The translations under genes were made by a program, and so were the position numbers. The notes below the pieces were generated by a model, which searched no databases, had not been told where the DNA came from, and saw nothing but the letters and a program-made list of their open reading frames with translations. A stretch of 64,000 nt of DNA from Octopus bimaculoides (lineage: Eukaryota), in the NCBI RefSeq assembly GCF_001194135.2, contig NC_069007.1, positions 1,819,397 to 1,883,396 of the forward strand. Reading direction: 5' to 3'. Of the stretch, positions 1 through 14,848 are shown one piece after another. Each line of letters starts with the position of its first letter. Positions within the stretch are counted from its first letter, which is position 1.

Positions 1-351
1 CCAAGGTTTCGCAGCTTGTGACATATCAAGCCATGATCAACTTTGTCAAAGGCTTTTGCAAAGTCGAGATATATCACATCAACATTTGAATGGTCAAGTA
101 GCTGCTTCAGGACCCAGTCATAATGCTGCAAGAGCTGCGTGAGGCAGCTTCTACCTGGACGGAAACCATGCTGGGTCTCATTCAGCAAGTCATTTTCTTC
201 TAGGAACGCAATCAATCTCCTTCTGACAATTCATTCCATGACTTTGCTAATATGTGAAGTCAGAGAGATGGGCCTGTAGTTTCCAGCCTCTGCTCTGCTT
301 CCACCTTTATGGATAGGACATATGGTGCCTTCCTTCAGCTTTTTGGGAAGG
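1..351 (-). mobile_element. CR1/L2-clade LINE reverse transcriptase fragment (pseudogenised, runs off window start)
   Basis: Minus-strand translation LPKKLKEGTICPIHKGGSRAEAGNYRPISLTSHISKVME*IVRRRL...QHGFRPGRSCLTQLL...VDVIYLDFAKAFDKVDH; canonical non-LTR RT motifs NYRPISL, QHGFR, YLDFAKAFD; one in-frame stop. Confidence 0.92.
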
Positions 352-2108
352 CGAAATCCTCTTCCTAAATTATTGTTTCCCACACTACATCAACTGAGAT
401 GAAATAAGCTTCGCTATTGTTTTCATTCCTTTTTGGGCTAATCAGTACAATCTACATACTACAGTATAATGAAAAATCTATAAATATGTTAGACACACGC
501 ACACACACACACAAACACATACGTACACACTGATGATAATGGATACGAATAAGCTGTTTCAATAATGCTTTCGACTAGTAGAATTTAAAATATTCAGCAT
601 AAAGTGTCTGAAGTATGGCGAGAGCCTTATACATAGCAGTGAAGTATTAATTAAATATATTAAAATTTGAGTGGGAAGGGTCATTGAAGGTGTAGATAGC
701 AACAGGTAGGAAGTAGTTTAGAGTCTAGAAGATACACAGAACCAGGTGTTTTTATTTATCCACTTATCCACGTAAATAGAATTGAAATGAGAATGTTTTA
801 ATATATAATTTTGTTCTTTAAGAGGAAGATAAGCAGAAGGATGGTACTTAGTTAAAGAAGGTATTTTTGGACAGAATATAAGTGAAGTATGCATAAAAAT
901 AAAGATTTTCAGGCTGGGCAATTGTGTAAAGCATGTGGCAGGTGTGGTTTAAAATCAGAATTTATATTGCTGTTTTTATTTCTGTTTACAGTTACGTATG
1001 AGACCGTCCTGCCTCGAAATCTGTTTAATAATCACAAAAGAAATGACTAAGGGAAGACCAAAGGCTTTCACTCAATTGAGTGGACAATATTGCAAAGATA
1101 ATCGCAGGAGCAGTCTTCTACACAGGTTTTCAATTCACCTATGAACAGTGTGTTGCAGTATCATTCGCTCAGATATATGAGCCTTAGTATTTGATAATTG
1201 TACAGAACATCCGTCAGTAATTTCCTTACAGTTCAACATTATACCTACCAATAAATAATCATAGCTTTCTGGGTCTCTAATTCAAAATGTGAAACAATTA
1301 CCTGCCTCCATTCGACCAGGTCATTGCTCAACATCAACTTTTCCACAAAATTCTTCTCGCTCAAATTCTTCATACTTTGTCACTCAAATATTTTCCTTCT
1401 GACTGAATCTAAATCTATTTACTGGAGGTTTCCCGGAGTCAGGGGTTCGTGGATTTGTAATAGATGATCAACTCAACCGACAATAAAGAGGGACGCTTTG
1501 TAGTTAATTCTCCACAGTAACGACTTAGTTAACATTCAACTTAACACGATATTTTGTAAGTGGAATGGAGCGCTTCAGTCCATACTTCGATAACATAATC
1601 ATTTTTAAACGTCATGAACTTTGGTCTTACTTTAAAAATTTATGTTCCATGATGACCTCCTAATGCTTTAAAATTACTATTGAACAGTAAAACAGAGTTT
1701 TGTTGTCGATAAAATCATTTTTACTTATCCAAACTACATCTTCCCTCTTTCAATTGCATTCAATATTTTCTTTTTCTTTTTCTTTTACGAGGCAATCATT
1801 ATCTTTCTTTTCCTCCCACAAATATATCGATTCCATATATTCCCTGAGGCGTATCAATACGTATTGTCAGATCTTCCAGTTCTTTACTTAGCGTTTTATA
1901 TCGTTCTTTGATCTCAAAACTTTTGTTAATTTTTTTTTCTCAGATATTTCAAATCATCAACTTGTTTCAGTGTCCTACTGTTATTTCCGTTTAACTGAAT
2001 ATTTCCATTTGATTTTGTTTTAAAAATTTATAATTATTTTGCTTTTATTTTCACACATACTTTGCTATTTCAACGTCCGTATAAATATGTGTGTGAGTTG
2101 TCCGCGTG

Positions 2109-2141
<33 letters not shown>

Positions 2142-2447
2142 AGTGGTGGGCACAACTAGGTACACAGTTGCTTTTAATAAGTGGAAAGTTCTTTACGTTT
2201 CTCTGTTTCTTTTTTTTTTCCGATAAGAATTTTGTGATTCTATGGTCTTTTTAAGAACTACTTTCTGCAGTAAAATAACTATTCCTAATTTTAGATATGT
2301 ACTCCTTGGCTGGAAATTTGAACAAAAATGAAGGAAAATGAATCATCAATCAGTACAGGAAAACTGAAAAGTTCCAGTCCATTCCTGTCTAACAATTTCA
2401 ATTTCTGCATTTTCTAAGACCAGAGCCTCCAGCAGTAACAGATTACA

Positions 2448-2490
<43 letters not shown>

Positions 2491-3091
2491 GTTGACCAGT
2501 AAAGTGGACATTTAATATGCTAGAAATAGACCACATATTGTGTCTACTAAGACTTAGTAGTTCTNNNNNNNNNNNNNNNNNNNNNNNNNNNNNNNNNNNN
2601 NNNNNNNNNNNNNNNNNNNNNNNNNNNNNNNNNNNNNNNNNNNNNNNNNNNNNNNNNNNNNNNNNNNNNNNNNNNNNNNNNNNNNNNNNNNNNNNNNNNN
2701 NNNNNNNNNNNNNNNNNNNNNNNNNNNNNNNNNNNNNNNNNNNNNNNNNNNNNNNNNNNNNNNNNNNNNNNNNNNNNNNNNNNNNNNNNNNNNNNNNNNN
2801 NNNNNNNNNNNNNNNNNNNNNNNNNNNNNNNNNNNNNNNNNNNNNNNNNNNNNNNNNNNNNNNNNNNNNNNNNNNNNNNNNNNNNNNNNNNNNNNNNNNN
2901 NNNNNNNNNNNNNNNNNNNNNNNNNNNNNNNNNNNNNNNNNNNNNNNNNNNNNNNNNNNNNNNNNNNNNNNNNNNNNNNNNNNNNNNNNNNNNNNNNNNN
3001 NNNNNNNNNNNNNNNNNNNNNNNNNNNNNNNNNNNNNNNNNNNNNNNNNNNNNNNNNNNNNNNNNNNNNATATATATATATATATATATAT

Positions 3092-3384
3092 ATGATGGAC
3101 TCTTCCGTGGTTAGACGATGGATGAAGGTTCGGCAATTTCTTACCGAACAACCACACAGATGATTTGTTTATAGTGATCAAATATTTGTGTAGACATAAG
3201 CTCACTCCTTCCGTCAGATTGACATTACCTGTACAGGTGCAACTGGGTGCCACATGTCAGATGTCGAAATGATCACAGAGCAACGTAAAAGGAAGCGCTT
3301 TGCGCAAGAACACAACGCTAAGCCCGGTCTGTGAATTGAACTCAAGATCTCACAATCGTTAGTGCAACATTCTAACCACTAAGC
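3092..3384 (-). mobile_element. tRNA-derived SINE, degenerate
   Basis: Minus strand begins GCTTAGTGGTTAGAATGTTGCAC...GAGTTCAATTC (A/B-box-like) followed by a CORE-like TGTGTTCTTGCGCAAAGCGCTT. Confidence 0.65.
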
Positions 3385-5615
3385 AATGTATGTATATGTA
3401 TGGGCGCGTTTGTGTGTTTCAAGGTTAATTTATATACGCCATTCACAGGTAGGGTACTGTGATTTTTCTATGAGAAATAACATATATCATTACGGTAATA
3501 ATTCTCATGTTAAAGGAACCTTTTGTTCATGAAAATCTAACCATAAAGTGCAGTCCCGAAACGCAAAACCTGTTCTGCAAATGGTATCTAGTTTCAGTGA
3601 TTTCCATATAGATTGAACTCGACATATGGATATGATATCACGCCTGCTATAGATTACACGTCTCCCTAGATATTTATATCACGACAATATGTAAACATTA
3701 TATTCTATGACTGTGTAATACCCTGTCTTTTAGAATTTTGAGCAGGAGATTGATAGTGGAAAAGCGCTGCAAGCAATTCTAGCGTCTGATTGAAATAGAC
3801 ACATATATCTCTGTCCAAAGTTGTTTTTTTTTTGTTATTCAATGCATAATTGACTTTTTATATGCTAAAAATAGGCTGCATCAAGACAAATTCTGCATTA
3901 AAAAGAGGTTTCTACCCTGTACCTGGGTTTCGCATAGATGAAAATTAATTGTAAAATACGAAATGGATTTATATAAGCAGATAAAACAAATGTTTTGCTT
4001 ATGCGAATTTATTAAATATAATTTGAATAATTTTTATCAGTTTTTGATAAACAACTACATACAAAAGTGATAAGTATATTTCAATAGGCCTACAAGTATT
4101 TTTGCTTACACTTTGTTCCACTGCTTCCCTATGCAAAAATTTGAATAGTATACGAAACTAAGCATAATTATGCCAATAGATTCGCGTTTCAATAAGCTAT
4201 GGGTGGCTTACTATTACGTAACTTGCAATTTGTACTTCGGTATAAACATATATAATTGTGCTTATGTGTGTTTCTATGTATATTTCCCTATATTTTACTC
4301 ACACACTCAGATGTATATTTACATATATATGCGTGTTTGTGTGTGGTGGGGTATAAAAACTTGTATAAGTTTCTGTATACATAGATGTGTGCTTATATCT
4401 GTACATGCGAATACTTAGGTATAATTTATAAATAAATATTCGGTATAAATATATATTACATGTCATATATAATATATTTTTGCCACACCATGCACCATTA
4501 GTTAATCTATAAATCAGATCATTGGTAATTAAATGGAATCGAAAATTACACAACAGCAATAGGCAAATGTATGTAATTTCTATCTACATCACTAGACCTT
4601 TGTTTACGCGCATTCTGTGATTCTACAAACCAACTGTTTACGTTTTGTATGTAGGTTCAGTTAGGTGTAATTAAGCCATTAAATATTTTATTAACCCTTA
4701 TGGTAATATGGTAATAGTTTATTGCTAAAAGTAGTATCACAAACTATTAATACGATTGGTGGGTGAATAAGGAATGTCCCTATGGGTTTACTGGTAAAAT
4801 CGGGAAAGCGGGGGCCATTCTCTCTTCCCATGATTGTCGTCATCGTCACCATCATCACCATCAATATAATCATCATGATCATTATACCATATCGATGCCT
4901 TGAGAGAAGCACATAGATATATTTAGAAATCGTCTCAAATAGCTCTTTCGCGCAATAAGGCTCGGAAAATAACGGCAAAGAGATAGAATTATTTAAGGTA
5001 AACAACTAATTTGACGTTCCTAGAATATCTCTAATAAACAATTATTATGACAAGCTGGTTCTCAGATTTTAGGGCGGTGGATATTTTGCGGGCGACGGTT
5101 CCCACATTGGTCAATAATTCATACAAACAAGGTTACATATATATGCGCACAACACACACACGGATACACACACACATGTATATATACATATGCAGACGAG
5201 TTTTGTATGTTTATGTATGTTTATATGTACACACTCATATTCATGTCTGGTTGTGTGTGTGTGTGTACGTGCACATGTAAGCTTGTGCGTATGTGCACTC
5301 GCTTACATGCAGAGATTTTTTTGTATATGCCATGAAAAAAGTTCATTGCCCATGATGCATTTCGTCAACAAACTTTAGCACAAACTATTAAGTCTCAACA
5401 GAAGTTTTTGTTTGTTTCCGCATGTCATTCTCTTATTTTTTTACTGTTGTTGTTGCAGTTGTAGTGCCTGTGATGTTGCCGCTGTTGATGTTGCTGGTGT
5501 TCATGTTGCTTACTTCTGTTTCATTTCAATTTCATTTGAATTCAATATTCTTGGTGCAGTTTGATAATAGAAGTATTCAACATTGTGGAATGTAACATTA
5601 GTCTGCAGACATAGG

Positions 5616-5688
5616 GGGAGAGAGAGAGAAAGAGAGCTAGCTAGATAGATAGCTAGATAGATACAGAGAGAGAGAGAGAGAGAGAGAC

Positions 5689-5721
<33 letters not shown>

Positions 5722-5775
5722 TAGTGAAAAAGAGAGCTAGATAGCTGGATAGATAGATAGATAGAGAGAGAGAGA
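5616..5775. repeat. Compound (AG)n/(AGAT)n/(AGAC)n microsatellite
   Basis: Directly visible tandem repeats. Confidence 0.9.
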
Positions 5776-5966
5776 GAAATTGAGACACACAGAGACACAA
5801 ACAAACGGAAACAGAAATGCACGAAGACATGCGTATATACATACGTTTACTTACATACATCCACATACTCACTCACACACACACACGTATATAAGGCATA
5901 TATATGTCGTGTGCACGCGGGCGAGTGTGTGTGCATATATTTATATATCTTATATAAGTTTATAAC

Positions 5967-6029
<63 letters not shown>

Positions 6030-6150
6030 GTTTGCGTGTATGGCTGTTCAACATAAAATGCAGTTTGTAGTTAGATGTTCCTCCATTAAAATTATTACCG
6101 AGTGATTGATATATGCATGTGTCTCTCTGTAAATGTCTGTATATAAATAC

Positions 6151-6193
<43 letters not shown>

Positions 6194-6952
6194 ACAGTGC
6201 ATATATGTTTACTTCTTACTTTAGTATATCTGTATTTTTACTTTTTAAATATTTTAAATGTATTCATTGCATTTCTTTTTTTTTTTTTTTCCTTTATTTC
6301 ATGTGTGTCTAATTCAATTTTGTCAGATAAACTGGTTGAAATTACATTATTCTTACAGTACTACTTCTGTTTATTACCATATATTTTTCCCTGTTTGTTT
6401 CTCCATATATTTTTTACCAAAGGGTAACAATATTAGCTACAGTTTCAACGATGTGCTTTGTTGTTTTTCTGCTATGCCAATTTCATTTAAGTTTGCCGTG
6501 TACAATTTTTTTATTATTATTATCTTTTTACTCTGAATTATTTCGATATCTGCATCGTCAAATGTTTACCGACATGCAATTTCGTTTGGTTCTATTTTAC
6601 TATTTAACAGTTTAACGGATTTAGGCCCAGCTCTTTGTTAGTGAAGTTTGTTTTGAGCACGTATGTATCGAGAATACGATTTGCCATTTTGGTAATATAC
6701 ATGGTAACAGAATTTCGTAATGATGTTGCTAGTAAACATTTCTGTTACATCATAAAAATAACAAGAAATAAACATTACAGAGTTTTCAACATACGACATA
6801 ATAGAGGATACATATATAAACGAAAACACACACACATTGATCACACTTAAACTATTCTCTTCTTCCTACATTTTTTCTCTTCTTGACATTTCTCTCTCAC
6901 TCTCCCTCTGTCTCTCTCTCCCTGGTTTTGTAGATACAAACAAATATCTATC

Positions 6953-7001
<49 letters not shown>

Positions 7002-7084
7002 NNNNNNNNNNNNNNNNNNNNNNNNNATATACAAATAAGCATAAATATACATGTATGTGCGTGCGTGTATATATTCATATATGT

Positions 7085-7120
<36 letters not shown>

Positions 7121-8673
7121 GCCGCAGATGTGTGTGTGCAAGCATACGAAAACAAACGCACGCTCACAAACATGCCCACGTATATATTGGTTGTATCCAA
7201 CGTCTATTTTCCGGTTAGTGTTATTTTAGTGTTTGCTTTGGATTTTCGTTATATTTCAACATGACTATTGTGCAGGATGTGTTCTTTAAACTGTCCGATA
7301 TTATTGGGTTGTTACTGTGCAAAATGTTTAAATTTGAATTGTAAGGGATTCAAAGTATATTCAACCGCATGTGCGCTGCGGATTACCAATATATTTGTTT
7401 AGATTTGACTATATTTTTTCAACATTTCTAGGTTCTGCCTTTTTCTGTGCACGTTCATTTTAACTTAGCAAGTGTACCGTTTGTTTTTGTTAATGTTTTT
7501 AAACTTATAGCCCACAATTTGTTTGTTTCCATTTGAATGCATTCTTCACATATGTTTCATTGATTATTTGCGTAAATATTATATATGCTAGCTATGTCGT
7601 GTGCCTCTATCACTACGCGTTTTGGGGGCTTTCTTTTTTTTTTGTACTTCAAAATGCTGCATTGCCATCTCCGTATTGATACGGGATATATTTACATTAC
7701 AAAGTTTGGACCATCAGAAATGATTAGAAAAGTTGCTTTTCTCTTTTTTTTATATATATACAGATTTTAACAGCCTGCAGTAGATTTTAACCTTTGATTG
7801 CATTAGTTCGTTGTGCACGGATGGGAAACTACTCGTATAAACTATGAATCGAGCCGTTTTTAAACATTGTTAGATTCTCTCGGTTTCTCAGTCTCTGCAG
7901 AGTATTGCTGTCTACTCACCATTTACAAGATTCCATCTCAGTTTATTAGTAGTAATTGTTTTCTGCAATCCCTATACCATAAAACTTTTTTGTAGTTTGC
8001 TTATGATATGTACGTTATTGTTACGTATTCATTACAGGTCGTTTTTCCTTTTTCTTTTTCGCGTTCCTTTCATTATTTCGTTCCTCGATATTTGTTTGCT
8101 TTCTTCTTAGTATTATTTCTGTGCCTGTGTTTTGTATCGCATGAATTCCCTGCTTGCAACAAATGACAAACTCCCAATGTGCGGCTTTCAGCATACCTTG
8201 ACTATATTAGTTTTCCAATGATTGCATGAACTCTGCTAGTAGTTCTGAAAAATTTTAATTTGGATTTTTTTTCCTCTCAAATTTAGATTTGTGTTTCCTT
8301 TTTGAATTGATGGTGCCCTGGAAATGAAATAAAAATTTACTGGTGCACTTTCCATGCACGTTTTTTTTAAACCTGTTTTATTTAAGACAAAAAAAAGCAG
8401 TTTTAAAATCAAAATAAAAATATGTACAAGTATCACATATGTTCAACAGCTTAATTTATCACTGACAGATGTGTTAAACGAAATTCTGAATAATATAAAT
8501 GTCGAAATCTTCATGCTCTGGTTTCGATTTTGCAAAATCTGATAAGTAGATATGGCGATAGTTAGATCAGTTTGGGACAAAAATTTTGGACGCTATTGGT
8601 CGATGCCCATTACTCTATTTACCTTTCAATTGTTAATGCTCAATTTTTTAGGCAAAGCACTGGAGTGGCTACA

Positions 8674-8721
<48 letters not shown>

Positions 8722-8742
8722 ATATGTATGTATGTATGTATG

Positions 8743-8822
<80 letters not shown>

Positions 8823-10139
8823 ATATATGGTATAAACAGATCAAATTTTAGCCATTTCTCCGCAGATTGAAAACATTAACGAACAAAGTTTATTTCATAA
8901 GGTTCTCATCAGAGGCGTCTACAGCATTTTGACAGTCTCCAGAGAAACAACCAACCACACTGTTTACATACTCGCAAATGCAGCAGGTACTCTTTGAAGG
9001 AGTCCCTTATTTGCATACCGAAAGCGTTTCACGCTCTTTTAGTACTAGCAGCTTGTCAACAGGGATCTAAGTCCACACAGCATCAATTTGTTATAATAAA
9101 TATGTAACATATGGTAAAGTTATATATATAATTTAAATAAAGATGTATTATTACCGTTATTAATGAAATTAAGAATGTAATAATAAGGTGGTCAGTAAGT
9201 TCACCCCATGACAGGTACAATATGAAGTAAATTTATATCCAGTAGGGTATATAATACCGCTTGCTAAAATCAGAGCCAAGGCTCGAAAACCACCAGAAAC
9301 TCACAATAATATTTTAAGATCTTTTTCTAAAATATTCATTACTTTAGCTCGTATGCGTTCCTTACTTTAAGCGTCCCGCTCCGTATATATGCGAGTGTGT
9401 GTGTGTGTGTTTGCTGATGCAAACACGGAAATAGAACTCAAAATATGAATATATGTATATTTTTATACATATTTAGTACAACGGACAGATTGTCTCATGG
9501 TCTGAGAGTTCCGTGGTTTGGCAGCTTCGCCGTATATATATATCACGCATTCACTGGATATTTATAACATATCCTATATTTCTCAAGTATTTGACCCAAA
9601 GCAGAATCATCTACATTATTTAATTGGTATATGTTTTGATCCCTGCAATCTAACAGAAAAGGGATGTTCTATTTGCAACAGCTTTCATCGGAACTGCTGC
9701 AGTTTACGGAAACATTTGCATTTTAATGTATTACCCTACACAAGTGTAAGCTTATTGGACCGTTTGGATAGTTAATGATTTAGCTTTAGGTAACTCACTG
9801 CTAAAAAACAAGATTTGTTTTAAATAACCATGGAATTGATGGACCATTTTTATGGCCACATACAATCCAATTAGATTTTCTACATACCCGATTTCCCTGC
9901 AACTAAATGTTATGAAATGAGAGCTCATCGTTTGAAATTAAACGTGATATTTGATATGTTTAGAAAATTATGCTACACGTAGAACTCCCCCAAAATGGTC
10001 AGTGTGATCCGGTTTCAATATCTGAGGTCCTCGATGTAAAAAATAAGCTCTGGTCATGGATTGAAAACATCAGCAACAACGCATTCAGTTGTTATAGTCT
10101 TATTTAACTATAACAAAACTAACCACAACAACAGCACTA

Positions 10140-10172
<33 letters not shown>

Positions 10173-10253
10173 TACTATTGTTAAAAGTAATTATGATATC
10201 AATAAAAATAGCAGTAAATAGAACAAAAAAAAAACAAAAAAAAAATAATAATA

Positions 10254-10464
10254 AAATATTCAGACAAATACATAACAAAAACACCAGGACTTACAAATAT
10301 ATACAGCATACAGAAAAATGTACTACTTGGCACTGCACATAACCTATGCAAAACACTTTCAATACAGTAACCATAAGAGCATCACAGCAAATCGCAGCGT
10401 ATACTCAACGCACACAGAGCTGCGCTCGGTAGTGAAGTGAAAGCACGCTATAAAAATAAATCTA

Positions 10465-10521
<57 letters not shown>
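10254..10521 (+). mobile_element. 3' end of a Dong/R4-like restriction-endonuclease LINE with 3' UTR and (AAT)18 tail
   Basis: Frame 10254-10370 reads KYSDKYITKTPGLTNIYSIQKNVLLGTAHNLCKTLSIQ*, matching the IQKxxLLGTAHI(L/V)RK C-terminus of R4/Dong ORFs; about 100 nt of UTR, then (AAT)18 at 10468-10521. Confidence 0.7.
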
Positions 10522-11098
10522 CTTTATTTAAATAACATCAAGACGGGAACATTTTTTTTTTAAAGTGAAAGCAGAAGAAAAATCTACCGAATACAAATGT
10601 CTGCCATTGCTAAAGAGACATATTTTATATTCTCTCAGAAGAAAATATACAATTCATAAATATATTATATATCTAAAGCTCCGTTCTCAATTGATTTATC
10701 AGATTCAGAGCTTCATGAATTAGACTTGTAATATATTAAGCACATCAGCAATAATTCGTCTTGTTTGATCGAATGCACAATACACATTCTTTTCCACAAA
10801 ATCAACATTCCATAACAAAGAGGTATTAATTTTGCCAAAACCTAAGAGGTACTTTACTAATTGCTTTACTTGTATTTACATCGTTGAGATGGAAGCAACT
10901 GATATTATTTGCGCGGTTTTCTTCATAATCAATTTAGCCCCTGTCAAGGTTGACATAATATCAAATGGTTTAGGTCGACCTCTGCGCTATTATTGGAGAA
11001 CGAGTAAAAGCTATTTATACATGGCAAATAATACAACGGAAACAACATTGACTCGGTTTCATATTTACTTCAATACTTCAATGCATTTGTTTCTGTAA

Positions 11099-11101
<3 letters not shown>

Positions 11102-11178
<77 letters not shown>

Positions 11179-11285
11179 ATATACATAAACCCACATGTAT
11201 ATACACATATACATAAACACACACACACACATATATATATATGCATGAATATGCGTGTATATATGCATATATATATGTATACATA

Positions 11286-11316
<31 letters not shown>

Positions 11317-11377
11317 CTATATGTGCATATATATATGTTTATGTATAAATGTAAATATATGTATATGTATGTATATA

Positions 11378-11410
<33 letters not shown>

Positions 11411-11459
11411 ATGAATATATGTACACGTATGTATATCTATATATGTACATATAATATAA

Positions 11460-11533
<74 letters not shown>
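11102..11533. repeat. (AT)n, degenerate (AT/GT) and (GT)n microsatellite block
   Basis: (AT)n 11102-11176, (TG)n 11475-11533, degenerate in between. Confidence 0.95.
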
Positions 11534-11536
<3 letters not shown>

Positions 11537-12519
11537 CATATATGGTGATAGATACATAGAAACATTCATACATGCATACATACACACATACATGTGTTTC
11601 TTGTAAGTATTAGTTTGTGTAGTTCGAAACATTCTTTGTGATTTTATCGTAATTTCAATAGAATTCTGGCCTTAAGATGCAACGAAATATTGGAAGAGAT
11701 AAAATTTAAATATTCTCAGGACAGTTTTCAGATACCATATAATCACAAATAAATGGTCACAATGAAATAAGTTATCATTGCACTAGATATAATTAGAATA
11801 AGAAATAAATTAAATGAATGACATATTTTCGTAGCAGATAATGCAGACCACCTCTTGTGTGGCAACTAGGTCTACTCAGTTTGAAGTAAGAGGAGGTAGC
11901 TTGAGAAACCTTAACCGTGAACCGTTTGGAAAGTTCGATTTCTTTGAAGGTGAATGTTAAATGAAGGGATAGAACGGAGGAAGATTGAAATTCAAGAAAA
12001 TGACATTACTTAAAAGGTAAGATGGGCACAGCGTTGTCTATATGGCAATGAGTTTTCAATCTTCGGCAAATGTCCCCTAATATAGCCTCGGGCCAATCAA
12101 AGCCTGGTAAGCGTATTCTGTAGACAAACACTAAAAGAAACAAGTCGTTTATCTCTATGTGTGTGTGTATGTGTGTATTTATAAATATAACAACACTACT
12201 ACTGTCACAAATATCACCAGCACCACTACGACTACTACTGCCGCTGCTACTACTTCATATTCGCAATGAGGTTAGACATGATCGCAGGTGTGGCATTTAT
12301 CTGGAATTCTGTTATTCAGCAGAATAATGAAAGCTTGGGCTTTGGAATAGACATTCAATAGAAGTTTACCGTTTTCTTGAAGAATAAAACCGACCAGAAA
12401 TCTAATTACTAGGACCATAAAGAATTTTGGAATCATTCCAATTTCACCAACGTATATGTTTTATATTTTTGGTAAATCGTTCTTTGAATATGTTGGTAGT
12501 TAGTGAGACAGTGATTTGC

Positions 12520-12730
12520 CCACAGGAGATGTTCTAGTTTGTCTCACCGGCAGAAGATGGCTGGTCTGGAAGGAATTATTGAAAATTAGCCAGGTGTTGT
12601 TTTTGAATTAGTACAAGTAGCAGTTACGTCTCTCTGTTCTGTTGAATATCTTTGTCCCCTAAGGGAGTTATCATGACGGAATCTTTGGAATGTCGGACAG
12701 AGAACTCTACTGTGTAAGGGCCGTTATTAT
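12520..12730 (-). mobile_element. Highly degenerate CR1-type LINE ORF2 C-terminal remnant
   Basis: Minus-strand pieces, with frameshifts: NSLRG..KIFNR and QHLANFQ*FLPDQP, resembling the NSxxxRGPxLFN...FKxxLDxFLxxIPDQP CR1 C-terminus. Confidence 0.45.
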
Positions 12731-12827
12731 TTCTGTTATCATATGAAGCAAGGGTTAAAGTGAACATCAACCATCCGGATATAAAAAATTGATCAAATAT
12801 TGGGAGTGGCTTATTATTAATACATAA

Positions 12828-13280
12828 GGCGACGACTTTGCTGAATCGTTACCACTCCGGAGAAAGTGTTTAGTGATATTTCGCCTTCACATTCTGAGTT
12901 CCAATTCTGCCGAGGTCGAATTTACCTTTCATATTTTAATCGACTGCCTTTCATCTTTTCTGGGTTGATATCAATTCAGTAGCGGTGTTGATATCATTGA
13001 TCTACCCCATCCACTGAATGCGCTGGTATCATACCAAATTTTGAAAACAGTGCATAAAGTTTGTGCATGGTGGCCAGCTAGTAGAATCGTTGCCACGCCA
13101 AGGAATCATGCCTAGCGTCATTTCTTCCAACTTTACGTTCTGAGCTCAAAAGATTACCGGGGTAGATTTTGCCTTTCATCATTACAGGTGTCTATAAAAT
13201 TATATATTAATTGAATACTGGGATTAAAGCAATCGATCTATCCCCTTCACTGTCCTTGTACCGAAAACTTGAAATCAATA
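12828..13280 (+). mobile_element. Two tandem family-A tRNA-SINE copies (12828-13047, 13069-13280)
   Basis: Both align by eye to the clearer copy at 14162 (GGCGAGCTGGCAGAA head, TTCTGAGTTCAAATTCCGCCGAGGTCGAC B-box region, CCTTTCAT). Confidence 0.75.
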
Positions 13281-14161
13281 TATCAAGTTTCAGTCTTTCA
13301 ACTTTTTTCATGATAGCCTAACACTGACAGCGATTTTCACCCATTGTTCCATTTATTTAATTATTAGGTACGACTCTAGTGACTGGGGCGGTACCTCAAC
13401 AGATACTTTTTCTCAATGCATTCCTAATGGTGCATACCATAGCCGTGCAATTAGATACCCAGTAAAGCACATTTTTACACACACATACACACACAACGTG
13501 AAATAATGATCAAAGATTCTCCAGCATTGGCCAAGCCATTGGTGTCACTGCCATTACATATCTAGGAATACATTATCCGATGTCCCCTTGTGTTTTTAAG
13601 ACGGTATGGCAACGTTTAAAAGAGCTAACATCTCTAGCAAGATTATTAATACCACAGTTGCTCTCTCGTTGGCTGGCGTCTATTTTAGTTAGAGATTCAG
13701 GATTCTTTAAAACGCTAATATTCTTATGGGAATATTGTTCCATCTAGCCACTCTTTATTTGTGACGTATGCAGATATTGTGTAGTTTATACAAACTTCAG
13801 ATGAGGGCGAATAAAATCCTGAATTTGCATCTTTCTTCATAAAGCATATCTTTAGTTTAGCTGCAATAGTATGACAGTAAACAAACAAGTTTTGCTGGAA
13901 AACCTTGGGGGCGAGGTTCATCTGTTTGAGAAGTATTATATTATGTCGTATTGCAGCTTTTGCAATATCTAACAAAAGATCTGAAATGGTGAATTCTGGC
14001 ATATTCTACCAGAAACGTTTAACAAGCAATTACCAACTGGCTAGCAGATATTATTTCATACATAATATATTTATTATACCCTGCAAAAGAAAACTATATT
14101 TCGAAAACACCCATATAATCAATAACACTAATATTTAGGCGATAGGATTAATTTCGGCAAC

Positions 14162-14373
14162 AAGGTGGCGAGCTGGCAGAAGCGTTAGCACGACGGGGGA
14201 AATGCTTAGCGGTGTTTCATCTGTCTTTGTGTTCTGAGTTCAAATTCCGCCGAGGTCGACATTACCTTTTATACTTTCTGAGTCGATAAATTACGTACCA
14301 GTTGCGTACGGGGGTAGATCTAATCAACTTCCCCCCTCTCCCACAAAACATTTCGGGCTTAGAGTAGAAGAAA
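14162..14373 (+). mobile_element. Family-A tRNA-SINE, near full length
   Basis: GGTGGCGAGCTGGCAGAAGCGTTAGCAC...GAGTTCAAATTCCGCCGAGGTCGAC...GTACCAGTTGCGTAC...AGAGTAGAAG; about 12 related copies in the window. Confidence 0.85.
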
Positions 14374-14404
14374 TTCGTTTCATGAACACATTTGTATCTT
14401 TAAA

Positions 14405-14848
14405 TAGGGATGTGTGTTTAAGAAAATCGTTTTGCAATCATATGCTTGTGTTCAGTCCAATCGCATGGCACGTTGGATAAATGTGTACTTCTATATATTG
14501 CGGGTCGACCGTTCTCTTGAAACTGAATGAAGCCTGTTGTATTTACATTTGTGTGTCTATTTATTCATGTGTTCCCCCCATCCCTTGACAACCGATATTG
14601 GTGTGCTTACGTTCCCGTAACTTAGAATAAGTACTGGGCTTACAAAGTCCTGGGTTCGATTTGTGTGACTAAAGGCGATGACCCAACATATCCGAAGTCA
14701 AATGACTGAAACGAGCATATGTTTACGTCTACCAAATCCACTGGCAAGTGATTGGTCGGCCGGAGTCTATAGTAGAAGACGCTTGCCCAAGTTGGGACTG
14801 AACCCGGAAATATGTGTTTGGGAAGCAAGCTTCTTACCACGCAGCTGT
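14405..14848. mobile_element. Two family-B (OR-like) SINE copies tail-to-tail: + 14405-14715 and - 14716-14848
   Basis: Homologous to the 18849-19250 copy (TTGACAACCGAT, CCCGTAACTTAG, AAATGACTGAAAC; CTACCAAATCCACT, GGGACTGAACCCGGAA). Confidence 0.75.

Noticed and set aside
7200-8400. T-rich, 3'UTR-like stretch with AATAAA at 8328
   Set aside because: No upstream coding exon identified; AATAAA is common in DNA this AT-rich.
13724-14002. 92-aa protein-looking minus-strand ORF
   Set aside because: No recognisable domain or supporting splice context; the length is within chance expectation.
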